Source of the DNA: Eledone cirrhosa
Taxonomy: Eukaryota
Direction of reading: 5' to 3'
DNA length: 64,000 bases
Assembly (NCBI GenBank): GCA_964016885.1
Contig: OZ024745.1
Coordinates: forward strand, 34,348,001-34,412,000
The translations under genes and the position numbers were made by a program. This document shows positions 14,424-28,371 of this stretch, piece by piece. Position 1 is the stretch's first letter, and every line of letters begins with the position of its first letter. The notes below the pieces were generated by a model. That model had not been told where the DNA came from. It made no database searches and saw nothing but the letters and a program-made list of their open reading frames with translations.

Positions 14424-14779
14424 AAGTATGTATATACGTATATATTTCTTCCAGGCATCAGTATTTTAATCATTCGCATTTCCTTTGCCATCAAAAGTAC
14501 ACGTGTTGCTGGTAATTGAAAAAGGAATAACTTCTTATTGTTTTTACTATTTTAAAAACATATTCTGAAATAATTTTATTTCTTTATAATAAACATTTTC
14601 TCGTATTAAATTGATATTCTCTTTGCTATGTTGTCATTTTGATTCTTCAATGTTGTCAGGAATAAAATCGTATGACAACCGGATTGCATAAATAAATCCC
14701 AACATACTATCATCTATGTATAAGCGAATGTTTTCTTCTGTAGCCTCAGGTTGATCAAAATCTCGATATATATATATAT

Positions 14780-14882
14780 AACGAAGGAAATGTGGTAAGG
14801 AACCAGGTGGACCATAACGCACCAAAGTACTCAATACTTAGGGTAGTAGAGTGGGTAATAGGAACAAGGGGTCTTACTTGTT

Positions 14883-14886
<4 letters not shown>
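14780..14886 (-). mobile_element. Family C (TA)n-inserted element, short fold-back copy
   Basis: Shares GGAACCAGGTGGACCATAACGCACCAAAGTACTCAATACTTAGG with 52146, 55347 and 60686. Confidence 0.8.
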
Positions 14887-14941
<55 letters not shown>

Positions 14942-15225
14942 TAATATTAAACGGAAGTCATCGGAAGGGCCGAAATATCTTCGACCCTTTTCTCCAGCAC
15001 TCAGTCCTTTAATTAAGCCACCATCATTTAGATACCAAGTGAAGAGGAATGCAGAGTGCACACTGATATCTTAAATAGTGATATGAACGATATATATACA
15101 TATATATGTACTTGCTGTGCCAAGATCAGGTAGACCACAACAGAGTAGTAATCTATGCATGGGAAATAGCAGAGCGGATATAAACCCGACTCTAATCGTC
15201 GCGATCGTGTTTTTACATTATTATA

Positions 15226-15341
15226 TGAGTTCAAATCCCGCCGAGGTTAACTTTGCCTTTCATCCTTTCGGGGTCGATAAAATAAAGTACCAGTAATACA
15301 CTGGGTTAATTGCTGGCCTTGTGCCAAAAGTAGAAACAATT
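15226..15341 (+). mobile_element. 5'-truncated SINE
   Basis: B-box, core and tail. Confidence 0.85.
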
Positions 15342-15364
15342 ATATATATATATAATAATAATAA

Positions 15365-15755
15365 GGGTTGACGGGCCCAGCATATTTATCAATGCCAGTA
15401 CCGGTTGTATCTCAGAGCACTCAATGGGCAATGTAAGATACATTACCAGAGTATACAAATAGTTATTTGCCTCAACACAACACACGTAAAACGGGTGCCT
15501 ATAAGGTCCCCGGACTCGAGTTTCTGCTGCACTAATGCAGCAGTAAGTGCACTGCACCATCTGTCTGCATATATTATGCAACAATGCACAATCGGCTTAT
15601 GCGCATTCATCAGCGGGTATCGCCTAATCAATAACCAATCGATCGACAGAATCCAAACACCAGCCTATGCCGGCCATGACTGTTTGTGACAACCGACACG
15701 GTAAAGCGATTAGCAACTGGCAACCGAAAGGACTCTATCTCTCAACTAGCCACTG
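15365..15755 (-). mobile_element. Hammerhead element family A, copy 2 (ribozyme 15509-15617)
   Basis: Minus strand CCCG-CTGATGA-ATGCGCA...TGCAGCA-GAAAC-TCGA-GTC-CGGG. Confidence 0.82.
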
Positions 15756-16744
15756 ATATATATATATGTATATATATATGACATATATGAAAAGTGTACC
15801 CACCAAAGCAAAAATATCCATTATGAAAATAGTCAATTAGTAAACACAATGGATGATAAAATCAGATAAAGAACCACTTGAGACGAAATAAATTGAAAAG
15901 CAACTTTTATAATATTGGTCATTTACGTTAGGACGCACCCATTTCAAATTTCAAATTTTCCCAATATTTCTTCAGCCAGGCGGATACCTTGGTGTGTGTG
16001 TCTCTCTCTCTCTCTGTCTGTGTGTGTGTATACATACTAGTCTTTATGTTGGTGTATAAAGATATAAATTAGTGTCACGATTTGCATCAATTTACGTAAA
16101 AAAATTATTTATTCGGTAAATAGCAGATTGAAATAATTACCTAGGAGGTTTGAGGATATGTCATTAAATATAAGTTTTGATGACGCTACCAGAGCATGGG
16201 CATCGTCTAGTGACTCAAATTAGTAAAATAGTAAAATAATGAACTAATCCATAAATAAATAAACGGATTTTATATACTAAAATTAAATAAGAAAGAACAA
16301 AAAAAGCAATAGAAATTGAATGTGAAAGTTGAACTAGACTAGTTTCAAAACCAATCAGAGTGTTAAAATAGGTTTCAAAATATATCTCGAGATCGATATA
16401 TATATATATTTGGCGGAGTAAATTATCAAATTAATTAGCCAGCGTATGATATTGATTGGGCAAAGTGACGTAGATCGATATAATTTACCTTTCTCTACCA
16501 ATGCTTTCACTAATTACTATAAGAATGGGAAAACAATTGTCATCAGAAACAATCCCTGAACTGGCAACAGGCAATTACTGACTATAGCAGGGTGTTTGAT
16601 ATATATATATATATAGGTGTGTATGTTGTATACTTACATACACACACACACACATATATATGTATATATATATACATACATATATAGGCACATGCATGTG
16701 TATGTATACGTGTGTAAATACATACTTGTACACACACACAACAC

Positions 16745-16789
<45 letters not shown>

Positions 16790-17244
16790 CACGGATTTTC
16801 CTTCCAGTTTCCTTTTAACTTTTTTAAGTTGTTCATTTCTCACATTGCACACGATAATTTTCTTTTAATATCCATTTTCCTTCATTTTGTTACATTGGCT
16901 TTTTCCTTTACATCCACATAACTACATCTCCATTTATAGTTACGTATTCGTCAGTATATTTATGTCATCTATTGGTGGTTCCATTATATATATATTTGTA
17001 TATATGTACAGATTGACACAGTTAATTCTTATCTTTTTTGTTCCTTCTCATTGTCTTCTCTCCGACTACTAATCATCCCTTCACATCCCTTTATTTGTTT
17101 TGTATACAGCGGTTATTTGGTCAACCAATAAAGTAGTTTATGTTTCAACTCTTACAATCGAAGTTGGTCTATATATTCAAATATATCCACTTTATGTCTT
17201 TTCGCCGTTTATGCATAAATGTTCGAAACCATAAAGAGCTAGTT

Positions 17245-17630
17245 AAGTACAAGGAACGATATAGTCGATGTTTCCCTCCCCTTGAAATTGCTGGTTTGCG
17301 GCAAAATTAGAAACCATTACCGGGGTCGATAAAATAAAGTACCAGTAATGTACTGGGTAATTGGTGGCCTTGTGCCAAAAGTAGAAACAATTATGTAAGA
17401 TACACTGAGAGTGGTAGATGGGTATCATCATTTGTGCATCGGTCAAAATGCTTTGCGGTATTACTTTCCTATCTCTAGGTTCTCAGCTTGGATCCCGCCG
17501 AGGTCAGCTATGCCTTTTCATCATTCCGGGTTTGATAAGATGCATTACTAGTTAAACAGTCGATTCAATTTAACAGATTGTCTCTCTTCCCACCAAAATG
17601 CTGGTCTTATGGTTAATTTAGAAGTTAATG
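17245..17630. mobile_element. Cluster of SINE fragments (both orientations, one old copy)
   Basis: GGGGTCGATAAAATAAAGTACCAG core and tails. Confidence 0.65.
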
Positions 17631-18364
17631 TATACATATAACAATATAATATAATGTATACATACACGGAAGCCTCTTCATTGAAGAGAAAAATAACTAC
17701 TTAAAGACAGGGTCGAGCTTCCATTGAAAACAAAATCTCAAAATTAAATCCCAACCGAATCATGCGTAGATCAGATGGTTTTCTTTTTGCTTTTGTGTGT
17801 TCAGTATTTTACACATATTATGTATGCCCCAACCAAGAAGGATTTCAGAACCCAGTCTGAATCACAATTTAACCAACAACTAATATATGAAGGCGAGTAG
17901 CCTACTGGTTAGGGTGGTTACTTCACGTGCATAAGGAGCTAGGTTCTATTCTTAGCTTAAGTAGTGTATTATGTTTTTTAATCAGACGCTTCATTTCAAG
18001 TTTTTATTCATTATACGACTTGGGCCCCATTCATTAAAATAAGCAAGAAACTTTCTAAGAGATCGAATCTCGTAGGAGGCCAGCTAAACTTGCATAGGTG
18101 TGAACCATAAATTTCATTTCATTTTCAACATTTAATAGAGCCTTCCTAATTAGAAATACTTAAATCGAACTATAATGAGAGATGTTGTAAGGTTTGTCAT
18201 TTTTAACCTTTCTGTCTCTGAGTGATTTAGTATTGTTAATGACGCTTTTTGTTTTACTAAGAACTGAAAAATCCCCATGGGAACTATATATCTGAATCTA
18301 TGCGATTTGTTGGCTTCTAATAGAAATGATAAAAGATGTGATATATATATATATATATATATGT

Positions 18365-18419
<55 letters not shown>

Positions 18420-19310
18420 GTGCGAGCATGTGTGCGTATCTGTGTGTAAAGTGGAATCTAATACTTTACTGCGTTACGTATCATTTATAGTGGTTAAAGG
18501 TTGTTCGAACCTCGGCAATGTTACTGGTTTTATTATTTTGACGGGGAAAGTAAATGGTAAGATTTATACCAGACTATTCTTTAATTGGAGAGAGATGTAG
18601 CGTCGAACCCCTACCATTTCTTCATGAAGAAACACGGCTGATTTATTCCAAAGAAAAAGAGAACGACGTAAGAAAACGATACCAACGAATAATCGGCCTC
18701 ACTGGTAATCTATTTCCCAACTTCTATTGGACAAAATGCAAACTTTACGTTGGTGGGATTTGAACGTAGAGAGCCAGGCAATTTAGCACAGAGTATTTTA
18801 GTTGACATTATGACGACTCTACCATTTCGCCGCCTTGGTTATATTTAAGAAACCCAAATCATGATTTACCACCAGCTGTTGTTCTTCAGACCAGTGTGCG
18901 TAACATGTCTTTTAAAGTAATATTGGCGAAAGAGCAAATGCGAAGGAGTAATTGATATTGATCACTACTGATGTATTTACTTCTTAATCGCCATAAAGTG
19001 TTACCTTTGTGAACTTCAACAAATATCTCATATTTTTAAAGATGCAGATGGATCATTTATCTCTGTCAAATTAAGATTCATAAGAATACAATACAACAAT
19101 TAAGTAACATCACATGAGATTAAGGACTGCAAATGCCTTCGCATGATCTTAGAAATATGATCTAAATTTCTATTAGCACTCTTCAAATTAACTATTCACT
19201 TGCTTTTCATTTATTGAAGATATTACGACGCCATCTAATCTTAGAATTTCATCTATAAGTACATCTATTCTAATAATACATTCTATTAAAGGCAGACGCA
19301 CACACACACA

Positions 19311-19349
<39 letters not shown>

Positions 19350-20021
19350 GCGCACACATACACGCACACGCAGACATCCGCACATATAATAAATAAATAT
19401 TAGCTGTTAATGATCGACTTATTGATCTGTGTGAAATACATGTGAGGTTATATATAAAAGTATACTTACAAGAAGTTGTACGATTGAACTACAACAAACA
19501 TCAAATTAAATTAGTTCTGTGTAACTAAAACCCCAATAAATTAGACAACCACAGGGAGTAACTAAGTACAGGTAATATAGTAAGCTTCAGAACATATTTA
19601 TGATTATTGTTTTTCAGAATATTGTACAATATAAAATGCATGCACACACAAATTTATATATGAATATATTTCCATACATATTTTGAAAAGTCACGAATGC
19701 ATATCGACACAGCTCAATAATTTTTATGGTTCATGATAATTCTGTTTATAATAATTTTAGCAATCTCCTACTAGTCGACATCATGCGAAGATTTCATAGG
19801 AATATTTGTTATAATCACACTGAAAATGAATTACGATATATATATATATATATATATATGGTGTGTGTGTGTGTGTGTGTGACACTGTGTCTGAGTGTGA
19901 AAAATAGTATAAAAATTGTTTTCAAATATTTGATAGTTAAAGACGCACATCTATTTACCCCCGTCTCTCTCTCTCTCTCTTTCTGTATGTATATATATAT
20001 ATATATGTGTGTGTGTGAATG

Positions 20022-20081
<60 letters not shown>

Positions 20082-20111
20082 ACGTTCAATCAAGGGTAAT
20101 ATTTATATATA

Positions 20112-20380
20112 TATTTATCCTGGGTTCAATCAGTGGTAACCACAGTAAGTACGGTACTCAATACATTGCAGAGTATAAATAATTGATATAGAAATGAGGC
20201 TTCTACAGGACTAGAACCGTTTCATTCGGGTGAAATCATCAGGAAGCCGACTGTCCAAGTTATATGGTGTTGTTTATAAATTTTTTGGTTGTAGGAGGGG
20301 GTGGTGATTGGGATGGGTGGAGGTTGATGGATTTAAAGAAAAGGAAATTCTTTAAAAACTATATTTAGAATAACCAAGGC

Positions 20381-20382
<2 letters not shown>
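20112..20382 (-). mobile_element. Hammerhead element family B copy between (TA)n tracts
   Basis: Homologous to 39114-39282 and 11940-12086. Confidence 0.8.
20198..20248 (-). ncRNA. Minimal type I hammerhead ribozyme
   Basis: GGCTTC-CTGATGA-TTTCACCCGAAT-GAAACGG-TTCTAGTC-CTGTA-GAAGCC. Confidence 0.85.
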
Positions 20383-20412
<30 letters not shown>

Positions 20413-20421
20413 GGGGGGGGG

Positions 20422-21190
20422 CAAGAATTGACATCATTTGAGACACGAATATCTAGGTAACTACATGTCCTAGACAAACGAAATTAAATAGGCTTCATGT
20501 TGAACAATACAAGGTTTATTTATCAAAATTTGAACAAGAAATTCAGAGTGATGTAGATTTCATAACCGATTTCAAAATACTTCACAAATGTTCAATATTC
20601 ACACCGCCTGTGACACGACACACGTGAAGTCGAGAGTCCAGCTCCTACCAAGCATGATGTCTGGCGAAACATTCTCCAGCGCCTCAGTGATTCTCTTCTT
20701 GAGTTCCTCTCGGCTTGTAGGAAGAGGGTGGATATAGACCAGTCCATTCACATAGCCCCATAGAAAAAAGTCACAAGGTGTCAAGTTAGGTGAATATGGT
20801 GGCCATTTCAAGCAGCGCATTGTCTTTATCACTGGCACATCCGATCAATCTCGCTGGTAGATTCTCAATGAGACAAGGCCGCACAGTCAGCTTCCATTGA
20901 GCTGGAGCACCATGTGGTATGGGGGTTCTCTTCCCCCCAAATGCGAACATTATGCGTGTTGAATTTGTCATTCGCATGAAATGTGGCATCATTACTGAAA
21001 ACAAGACGCTTTTCGAACTACTCATCTTCAGGTTTCTCTGGCATAACACGACAGAATGGTTTCTGTTTCCTGTAATCTCTCTTTAAGGCTTGGAGGTTTT
21101 ATAAACTGTATTTCATATTACAATTGTTTCTGTATTGACCAGCTCGGCTTTGATCATGCGATCCGATCCTGATTCTTAATCGACACTCTT
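20422..21190 (-). mobile_element. Tc1/mariner-superfamily transposase remnant
   Basis: WPPYSPNLTPCDFFLWGYV...SREELKKRITEA motif; frameshifted; related fragment at 26880-26985. Confidence 0.85.
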
Positions 21191-21205
21191 TTAGATATGA
21201 GAGTT

Positions 21206-21262
<57 letters not shown>

Positions 21263-21357
21263 TTATATGTATATATATGTGTCTACATATCTATCTATTT
21301 TTCTCTCTCTCTCCCTACACATACACACACACACTCACTCATCTGCACCACCCCCAT

Positions 21358-22424
21358 GTATATATATATAAAATTAAGTATGTGTGTGTGTGTGTCCTTG
21401 TGACTGTGTATTACCTATAGGGGCCACCATCTTACGACAGATTTTCATGAAACTTTACAGGCTCATAGATTAGTCATCGCGGAGTGTTTTCTATATATCA
21501 GCATATCGTTTTTTTTTATTCCGGGGTCATTCTGCAGATAAAAATCGATGGGGGGGGTCACCTTTTTGGGGGGTATCGAAAAATAAGATTTTTGGCTCTA
21601 GCTCCCATATTTTGCCACCGATTTCGTTCAAATTTTAAAGCAAAATAGAATTTATCATTGCACATTCTGTAAATACGTTATATTTTGCATTTGTTCTTCA
21701 GGGACGGTGTGGCAGCCACTTAAATATTTAAAAATACCACTTTTAGACTCAAATTTCCACTTTTTCGGCTCTAGCTCCCACATTAATCAACCTACTTTGT
21801 TCAAGTTTTACACTACGCTAGATCTGATTATTTCACGTCTTAAAGTGGCTTTACATTTTGGAATATTTCTTCAGGAACGGCGTGGCAGCCGCTTAAATAT
21901 TTGAAATTACCACCTTTTCGCTCAAATTTCCGCCTTTTCGGCTCTGGCTCACACATTTCTCAACCGATTTCGTTCAAATTCGAAACTTCGGCTCCATCTC
22001 AAAAATAAATCAATTTATTTGGTTCAACTTTTATACTACGATAGAACCTATCATTGCACATCTTATAGTAGCTTTACACTTTGCATTTTTTGTTCAGGGA
22101 CGGCGACCTATCATTAGCTCCCACATTTTTCAACCAATTTCGTTCAAATTCGAAACTTCGGCTCCACCGCACACATAAATCAATTTATTTGGTTCAACTT
22201 TTATACTACGATAGAATCTATTATTGAACATCTTATAGTAGCTTTACACTTTACATTTTTTGTTCAGGGACGGCGTGGCAGCCGTTTAACTGTTCAAAAT
22301 ACGATTTTTTTCCATCTCCCACATATTCCATACGATTTCACTCAACATTTCGCCATTTGCTAGACCTTTTCATCAAAGCAGATATTATTTTACCTACACA
22401 GGCAACGCTGAGTACTGCTGCTAG
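21358..22424 (+). mobile_element. Non-autonomous Helitron-like element with internal tandem repeats
   Basis: 5' TATATATAAAATT..(GT)n; 3' GGCAACGCTGAGTAC..TGCTAG|T; repeated TTCAGGGACGGCGTGGCAGCC and CGATTTCGTTCAAATT units of ~180 bp. Confidence 0.7.
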
Positions 22425-23161
22425 TATATATATATATATACACACATATATATATATATAGAGAGAGATATATAGATACATATATATATGTACTTCCCTG
22501 ACATTTGTGTATTATTCTATATACTATATTGACGAGTTGTAGTGCACCTGAGCACTTTACACAATAATTTCATTATTATTATTATTATATACATACACAC
22601 ACACATATATATATGTGTACAGACATATATATGTATATGCAGGTGTGTGAGTGTGTGTGTGTTTTTGACAATATTTTGCATTATATAAAAAAGCCAATAT
22701 TATTATAAGACAAAACAACAATATTCATATTGTTTTACCTTTAGCATGAACTAGCAGGCGAACATTCTTAAGTTACTGTTTTTATTTCACATATGAACCT
22801 ATTCGGCTTTTTATAAGAAAAGCAATGGTGAGAATATCTTCAGATGCTGTTTGAACTGGTGAATTGTTTCTTGTTTGTCTTGTCTAAATGCCTCCCTCAG
22901 TTTACGTAACAATTTATATTATCATTGATCCAAGTATACGTTTGTCTTTTCTCACCCTCCGCAGAATATATTTTGCTACATATTAATGTTTAGTACAGAA
23001 TATTATGTAAAAGCATTTAAAGGCACTTTTGCCTGATTTTGTTTTTCTTATAAGATGGGATTTACGTGGTAGGTTTGGAAAAAAATTACATGTACATATA
23101 TATATATATATGTATGTATGTGTGTGTGTGAGTGTGTTTACATATATATATATGTATATAT

Positions 23162-25081
23162 AACGGCGAAGAATTTGTTTTGAGAGGTTTTTGATATGAA
23201 ATCGTGTGTCGAAACAAATATCGTTATACTTGGGGAGGGTCATATTGTTGTAATACTATTGCCAGAAATAATAACAGAACACACTCACTGATGATGTGGA
23301 TCGACATCCTAAAGCCAAGCAGACGCTCTACCAACAACTTCCAGGCGTCTAACAATGACATATCATCCTTGTATGGGCTCCGCAAAGACCATAAGACAGT
23401 TGATGACCCGACGACAGGACAACCAAGAAGACCTGTATGCGGAGCCAATATTGCTAGCAACTACAGGATCTCCTACTTCCTCTCAATGGTTATACGCCCC
23501 ATAATTAAGATGTCCCCAGATGTATGTGACAGTACAGAGGACCTCCTCAGCAGAATCAATGAGTGCAACAAAAACAAAAATTTATCTAACTGCATAATAG
23601 GCAGCATGGATGTGGTATCACTGTACCCATCCATCAACATTGATTTTGCTGTGGAAAAATGAATGTGTGGGAATAATCAGTGAGAGTGAGGTGGAGTTCT
23701 GCGACGTCGACACAGACGAACTGGGCCTCCTACTTAGACTTACTTATGACACCGAGTACCTAGATAGCCATGACCTTAGCCGTTTCTGCCCCAGTAGACC
23801 CATAAGAGGTAGACCCCCCCCACCCCCCGATAACCTCAACGGCAAAAAATGCTCACATGGGAAGTGGGAATGGGTGGACCAAAGCCATACGGACACCCCA
23901 AAACAATGATCAGGTGAAATAAATGGTCGCGCATGCAATAGGGGCTAGTATTAAAACTACCCTAAAGGGCCATATATTCAAATTCAATGAACAGATCTAC
24001 ACCTAAAATGAGGTGAGCAGCCATTGGCGTCAGCATAGCTGGTGATGTAGCTAATCTTTTTATGGTATGGTGGGAAAGGAGACTCAAAGATCTCCTTGAA
24101 GAGAGCTCCATAGACCTCTTCATGTATTCTCGTTACGTAGACGATATTAATATAGTAATAAGGACATCCCCACAAGAGAGTACTAACGAACATGATTTGG
24201 AATATAGCACAATGGAAAGCATTCAGCAGATAGCTAACTCCATACACCAGAGTATAACTGTAATTGTTGACTACCCTTCCAAACACCCTAACAATAGACT
24301 ACCTGTATTAGACACAGAACTCTGGATTAACACTATAGACGAGAGGGCCCAAATTCTCCACTCACACTATGCTAAACCCATGGCCTCCAAATACCTTATA
24401 CTAAAAATCTCAGCAATGTCCAGTAGTGCTAAGTTTAATATTCTGATCGCAGACTTGGTACGAGTGATGAAGAACGTTTCCCGCATGTGCGACCCAACAG
24501 AAATAGAAAGACACATCCAACACTTCATCAAACGCATGCAGTTCTCTGGCTACAACCAAAGAGACAGAATCAGAGTATACAAAGGAGCCACTGAGAAGTA
24601 TAAGACCCTCATAGAACTGGACATGAAAGGAATTTTCCCATTATACAGGAGCAAATCATGGAATAGCTTAGATAGGACTAAACATAAGATTGGGAAAGCC
24701 CCCTCATGGTACGACAACCAGAGATACCAGAGTGTTCGTGGATGCTACCTCTGGAGGGAAATTAGCTAACCAATGCAGAAAGGCCCTAAGAAAGACCCAC
24801 TTAAAGATTAAAGTGGTAGAAAAGCCAGTAACTACCATAAAATCCCTGATCAGAAAAACATAGCCCATTAAGAAAACCCACTGTACTAATAAGAAATGTG
24901 TTATATGTAAAGTAAACACCCAGATAAACTGTAAAACTAGAAATGTAGTCTATAGTATATAATGTACAGAGGGTACTTGCAGAAACATGACAACGACATA
25001 CATAGGCGAGACAGGTGTGTTCTGTTATTATTTCTGGCAATAGTATTATAAAAATATGACCCTCCCCAAGTATAACAATAT
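23162..25081 (+). mobile_element. Penelope-like element (Naiad/Neptune-type RT + Cys-rich linker + GIY-YIG), decayed, in (TA)n
   Basis: LYGLRKDHK, RPVCG, STEDLL, GSMDVVSLYPSI, YSRYVDD, LPVLD, HYAKPM, C..C..C, NVVYSI.C...C...YIGET; frameshifts and stops; ~65-bp inverted ends. Confidence 0.9.
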
Positions 25082-25083
25082 GT

Positions 25084-25179
<96 letters not shown>

Positions 25180-25233
25180 TCTAATGATCGTGGTAGAGGA
25201 ATTGTGTAAGGACTATATATATAATATACATGT

Positions 25234-25430
25234 ATGAACAGATTCAGGACCCCTACGACTGAGCTCCGGCCTTTTCGACGGCTAGATCCGAACAATTCGG
25301 ATCTAGCTGTCGAAACGGCCGAAGCTCAGCCGTCGGGTCCTGAATGTTTTCAAGTTACCCATTCTACTACCCCATGTATCGAGTACTCTGCTGCGTTATG
25401 GTTACCTGGTTTTTACCACACCCTATATGA
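25234..25430 (+). mobile_element. Family C fold-back element (diverged subfamily)
   Basis: Hairpin centred near 25292; GAAACGGC..AGCT..GCCGTC-GGGTC half-hammerhead. Confidence 0.75.
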
Positions 25431-27039
25431 TATAATATACATATAGATAGATACATAGGTAGATAAGTAGATAGATAGATAGATAGATAGGGAGATCAGG
25501 ATTATCCCAGTTTTAAAGTAGCAAGGCCATTATTCAGAGGAATCGATAGTTGGGATTGTAGAGTGTAGAGCTCAGCCGTCGGTCCCCAACACAAACATTA
25601 AGTACTGCAGACCTAAATTAGCAAACACACACAAACACACACACCAACACACCAACACACACACACACACACATACACACACACACAATCACACACACAC
25701 ACAACACCACACAAAATACAATTATTATCCAATCAAAAAGAATTAAAATAACAAACAGCCCACTATACTGGCAGTAAGAGGACGAATTTCATCAGGTCAC
25801 AATCAGGCTCAATATCTGCTTTCTGTTGAGATAATGTTGGTCTCAATATCTTAAGTGTTTTAAGTGATATGATTCTAAGTATCAAAATCCAGAAAAAACT
25901 ATTGTCCTGTATATAAGTAATACCTGATTTTATTGGCAATGTTATGAATTCCTTCAATTTAAGCTTAACTTTACATACTATTGTATTATTGAAATCCTAT
26001 ATATTCTGATCGTTGTATTTTTTAAATTTCCAACTTCCTATTGTGATTTACTGTTTAATTTCAGATCTGTAAATTTCTAGTTTTTGCTATTGACAAAATG
26101 CAGCAACGCATTCACATATCTACTTGTCTGTTATTGACCAGTAAATACCGGCTACACTATCGCTATATTGCCATATAAAATTTATTGAATTGTCTGAAAT
26201 TGGTCAGAACTCGCAAATTGATCCTTTTGTGATCAGTTATTAGCTTTAAGATTATAATACGTTCCATTAGTCTTAATGTTACAGGACATTTAAAAAACAA
26301 CAAAAACCGCAATATTACATACATTAGGAAAATAAATATCAGAAAAAAAAAAATAATTACTAGCAGATAGATTTCATGAGTCTAAGACTGCGTTCTCTCT
26401 CTCTCTCCCTATCTATCTCTTTCTCAGATTGGAATATTAAGAGCTACATTGTTATATTGTTTGGATATACAGTATATACAGTCTCTAATAAATCAATGGA
26501 GTTTTGACGTAGCTTAAAATACAGGCTACAAAAAATCCTTTATTACAATGCTGGGTATAACTATGTATGCCAAATTTTCCCTGCTGTGATTTAAAGAGTT
26601 CACACACCAGACATCTGTTGGAAAAACATCTAACATTGACAGGAAGTGATATATATATATATATATATATATAGTATATAGTATATTTGACAATATACCG
26701 AATGTTTAATTAAAAACATTTAGAAGACCATACGCTATCAGTTTTAAAGTAGTGACTATGTTACTTACTCATTTTCGGCGAAAGGAGGGAGAGAGGCTGA
26801 CAGTCTGTTTCACGGTGGTTGGCGTTCATCAGAACCATACACACATACACACACACACATATTTATATATATGATGTCTTGCATAACATTCTCCAGCGCC
26901 TCAGTGATCCTCTTCTTGAGTTCCTCTCGGCTTGTATGAAGTGGGGGCGATATATACCAGTCCTTTCACATAGCCCCATAGAAAATTCAGCATCATCGGA
27001 GAGATTAGTGATTAAAAAAAAAAGAATTCTAATAATAAT

Positions 27040-27226
27040 TGTTTCTACTTTAGGCACAAGGCCAGCAAATACCCAGTGCATTACTGGTACTTTATTTTAT
27101 CGACCTCGTAAGGATGAAAGGCTAAGTCAACCTCGGCGGGATTTGAACTCAGATCGTAAAGGGACGTAACTATGCTGGAAAGCATGGCGTCCGACTCTCT
27201 ACCGATACTGCCAATCTACCGCCCCT
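27040..27226 (-). mobile_element. Full-length SINE with 15-bp TSD
   Basis: TSD AATTCTAATAATAAT at 27025-27039 / 27227-27241. Confidence 0.88.
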
Positions 27227-27242
27227 AATTCTAATAATAATG

Positions 27243-27325
<83 letters not shown>

Positions 27326-27849
27326 TGTGTGTGTGTGCGCGCGCGCGCCTTTCAACCTCTCGGGGTTAATAGCATAAAGTATCTGCTATGTACTTGCGTC
27401 GATATAATCGAGTTTTCCCTTCTCTCAAATTGCAGGTTTTGTGTTTATAATAAAAAGAATTATTATCGTCCATATCACAGAACGGTCTTGTGCTGTTATT
27501 TCTACTTTTTGGCACAAGGCCAGCAATTATCCCAGTGCATTACTGGTAGCACTGTGATAATTGCTGGCCTTGTGCTGTTATTATATTCGCCAGAGCTCAA
27601 TTTTTGAGTACCTTTTATGGTATCTTTGCGGTTCCTAATAATGGGATTTTATGTTATAGCGCTGTTCCTATTTCGATCCCAATCCTCTCCAGCCATGTGT
27701 TTAGTGTCTTGGTGGTTGTACTTAAAGCGCCCCTTACGACTGGAATGAATTCTTTTTATGCTCAATTCTCTTGCAATTGCTCATTTCAGATCTTCGTATT
27801 TCTCGATATTTTCTCCTTCCTTCTCACTCACACATACTCTCTATTGTCA

Positions 27850-27972
27850 ATCGCCGTCAGCTTTGCCTTTCATCCCATCTGGGTCGATGAAATAAAGTAC
27901 CAGTCACGCACTTCGGTCGATTAATCGACCTTGCCCCTCACCCGAAATTGCTGGCATTGTGCCTAAAGTGTA
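27850..27972 (+). mobile_element. SINE fragment (longer-tail subfamily)
   Basis: Core plus GTCGATTAATCGAC insert. Confidence 0.7.
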
Positions 27973-28330
27973 AGTTTGTTGAACGGTGGGTGAAAGTGGC
28001 GAGTCTGGTCCGAGTGAACGAACCCGTTCTGAGTATGCGCTTGTAGACTGAGGAGTGGGAAAACTGAGAAAGGGTGCTTGCCCTGGTGGTCAGGGTGGCC
28101 GTGGTCTTTTGTGTGGATTTCGCCACGAGTGATCCTCGGAGGTTTTTTTTTTTTTACCCTCTATTGGGGAATTTTTGTTGTTTGAATTTTTTTGATATTA
28201 CTATCTCCTTGTTATAACCTTTTTTACACGGCCAAAACCCACTTTGTATCGTCTTGTACCGTTCTATGCCGTCTGTAATGTTTTTCTTCATGTTAGCCCT
28301 TGTTGCCAATAAAGAAACCATTATTATTAT
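27972..28330 (+). mobile_element. 3' end of a second Tx1-like subfamily, ending in (ATT)n
   Basis: KFVERWVKVASLVRVNEPVLSMRL* homologous to the ORF2 end; tail GCCCTTGTTGCCAATAAAGAAA. Confidence 0.75.
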
Positions 28331-28371
28331 TGTTATTATCATTATTATCATCATCATCATTATTATTATTA

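Noticed and set aside
14955-15005. AAGGGCCGAA..TTCGACCCTT hairpin as a ribozyme
   Set aside because: Core nucleotides are absent on both strands; probably a fragment of another (TA)n element.
23288-23315. CTGATGA just inside the Penelope inverted repeat
   Set aside because: No GAAA-stem III-NUH follows, and it lies in the coding frame.
23640-25010. Selenocysteine recoding in the Penelope ORF, as reported for some Naiad elements
   Set aside because: The TGA at 23660 coincides with a frameshift; linker and GIY-YIG cysteines use TGT/TGC; no SECIS recognised.
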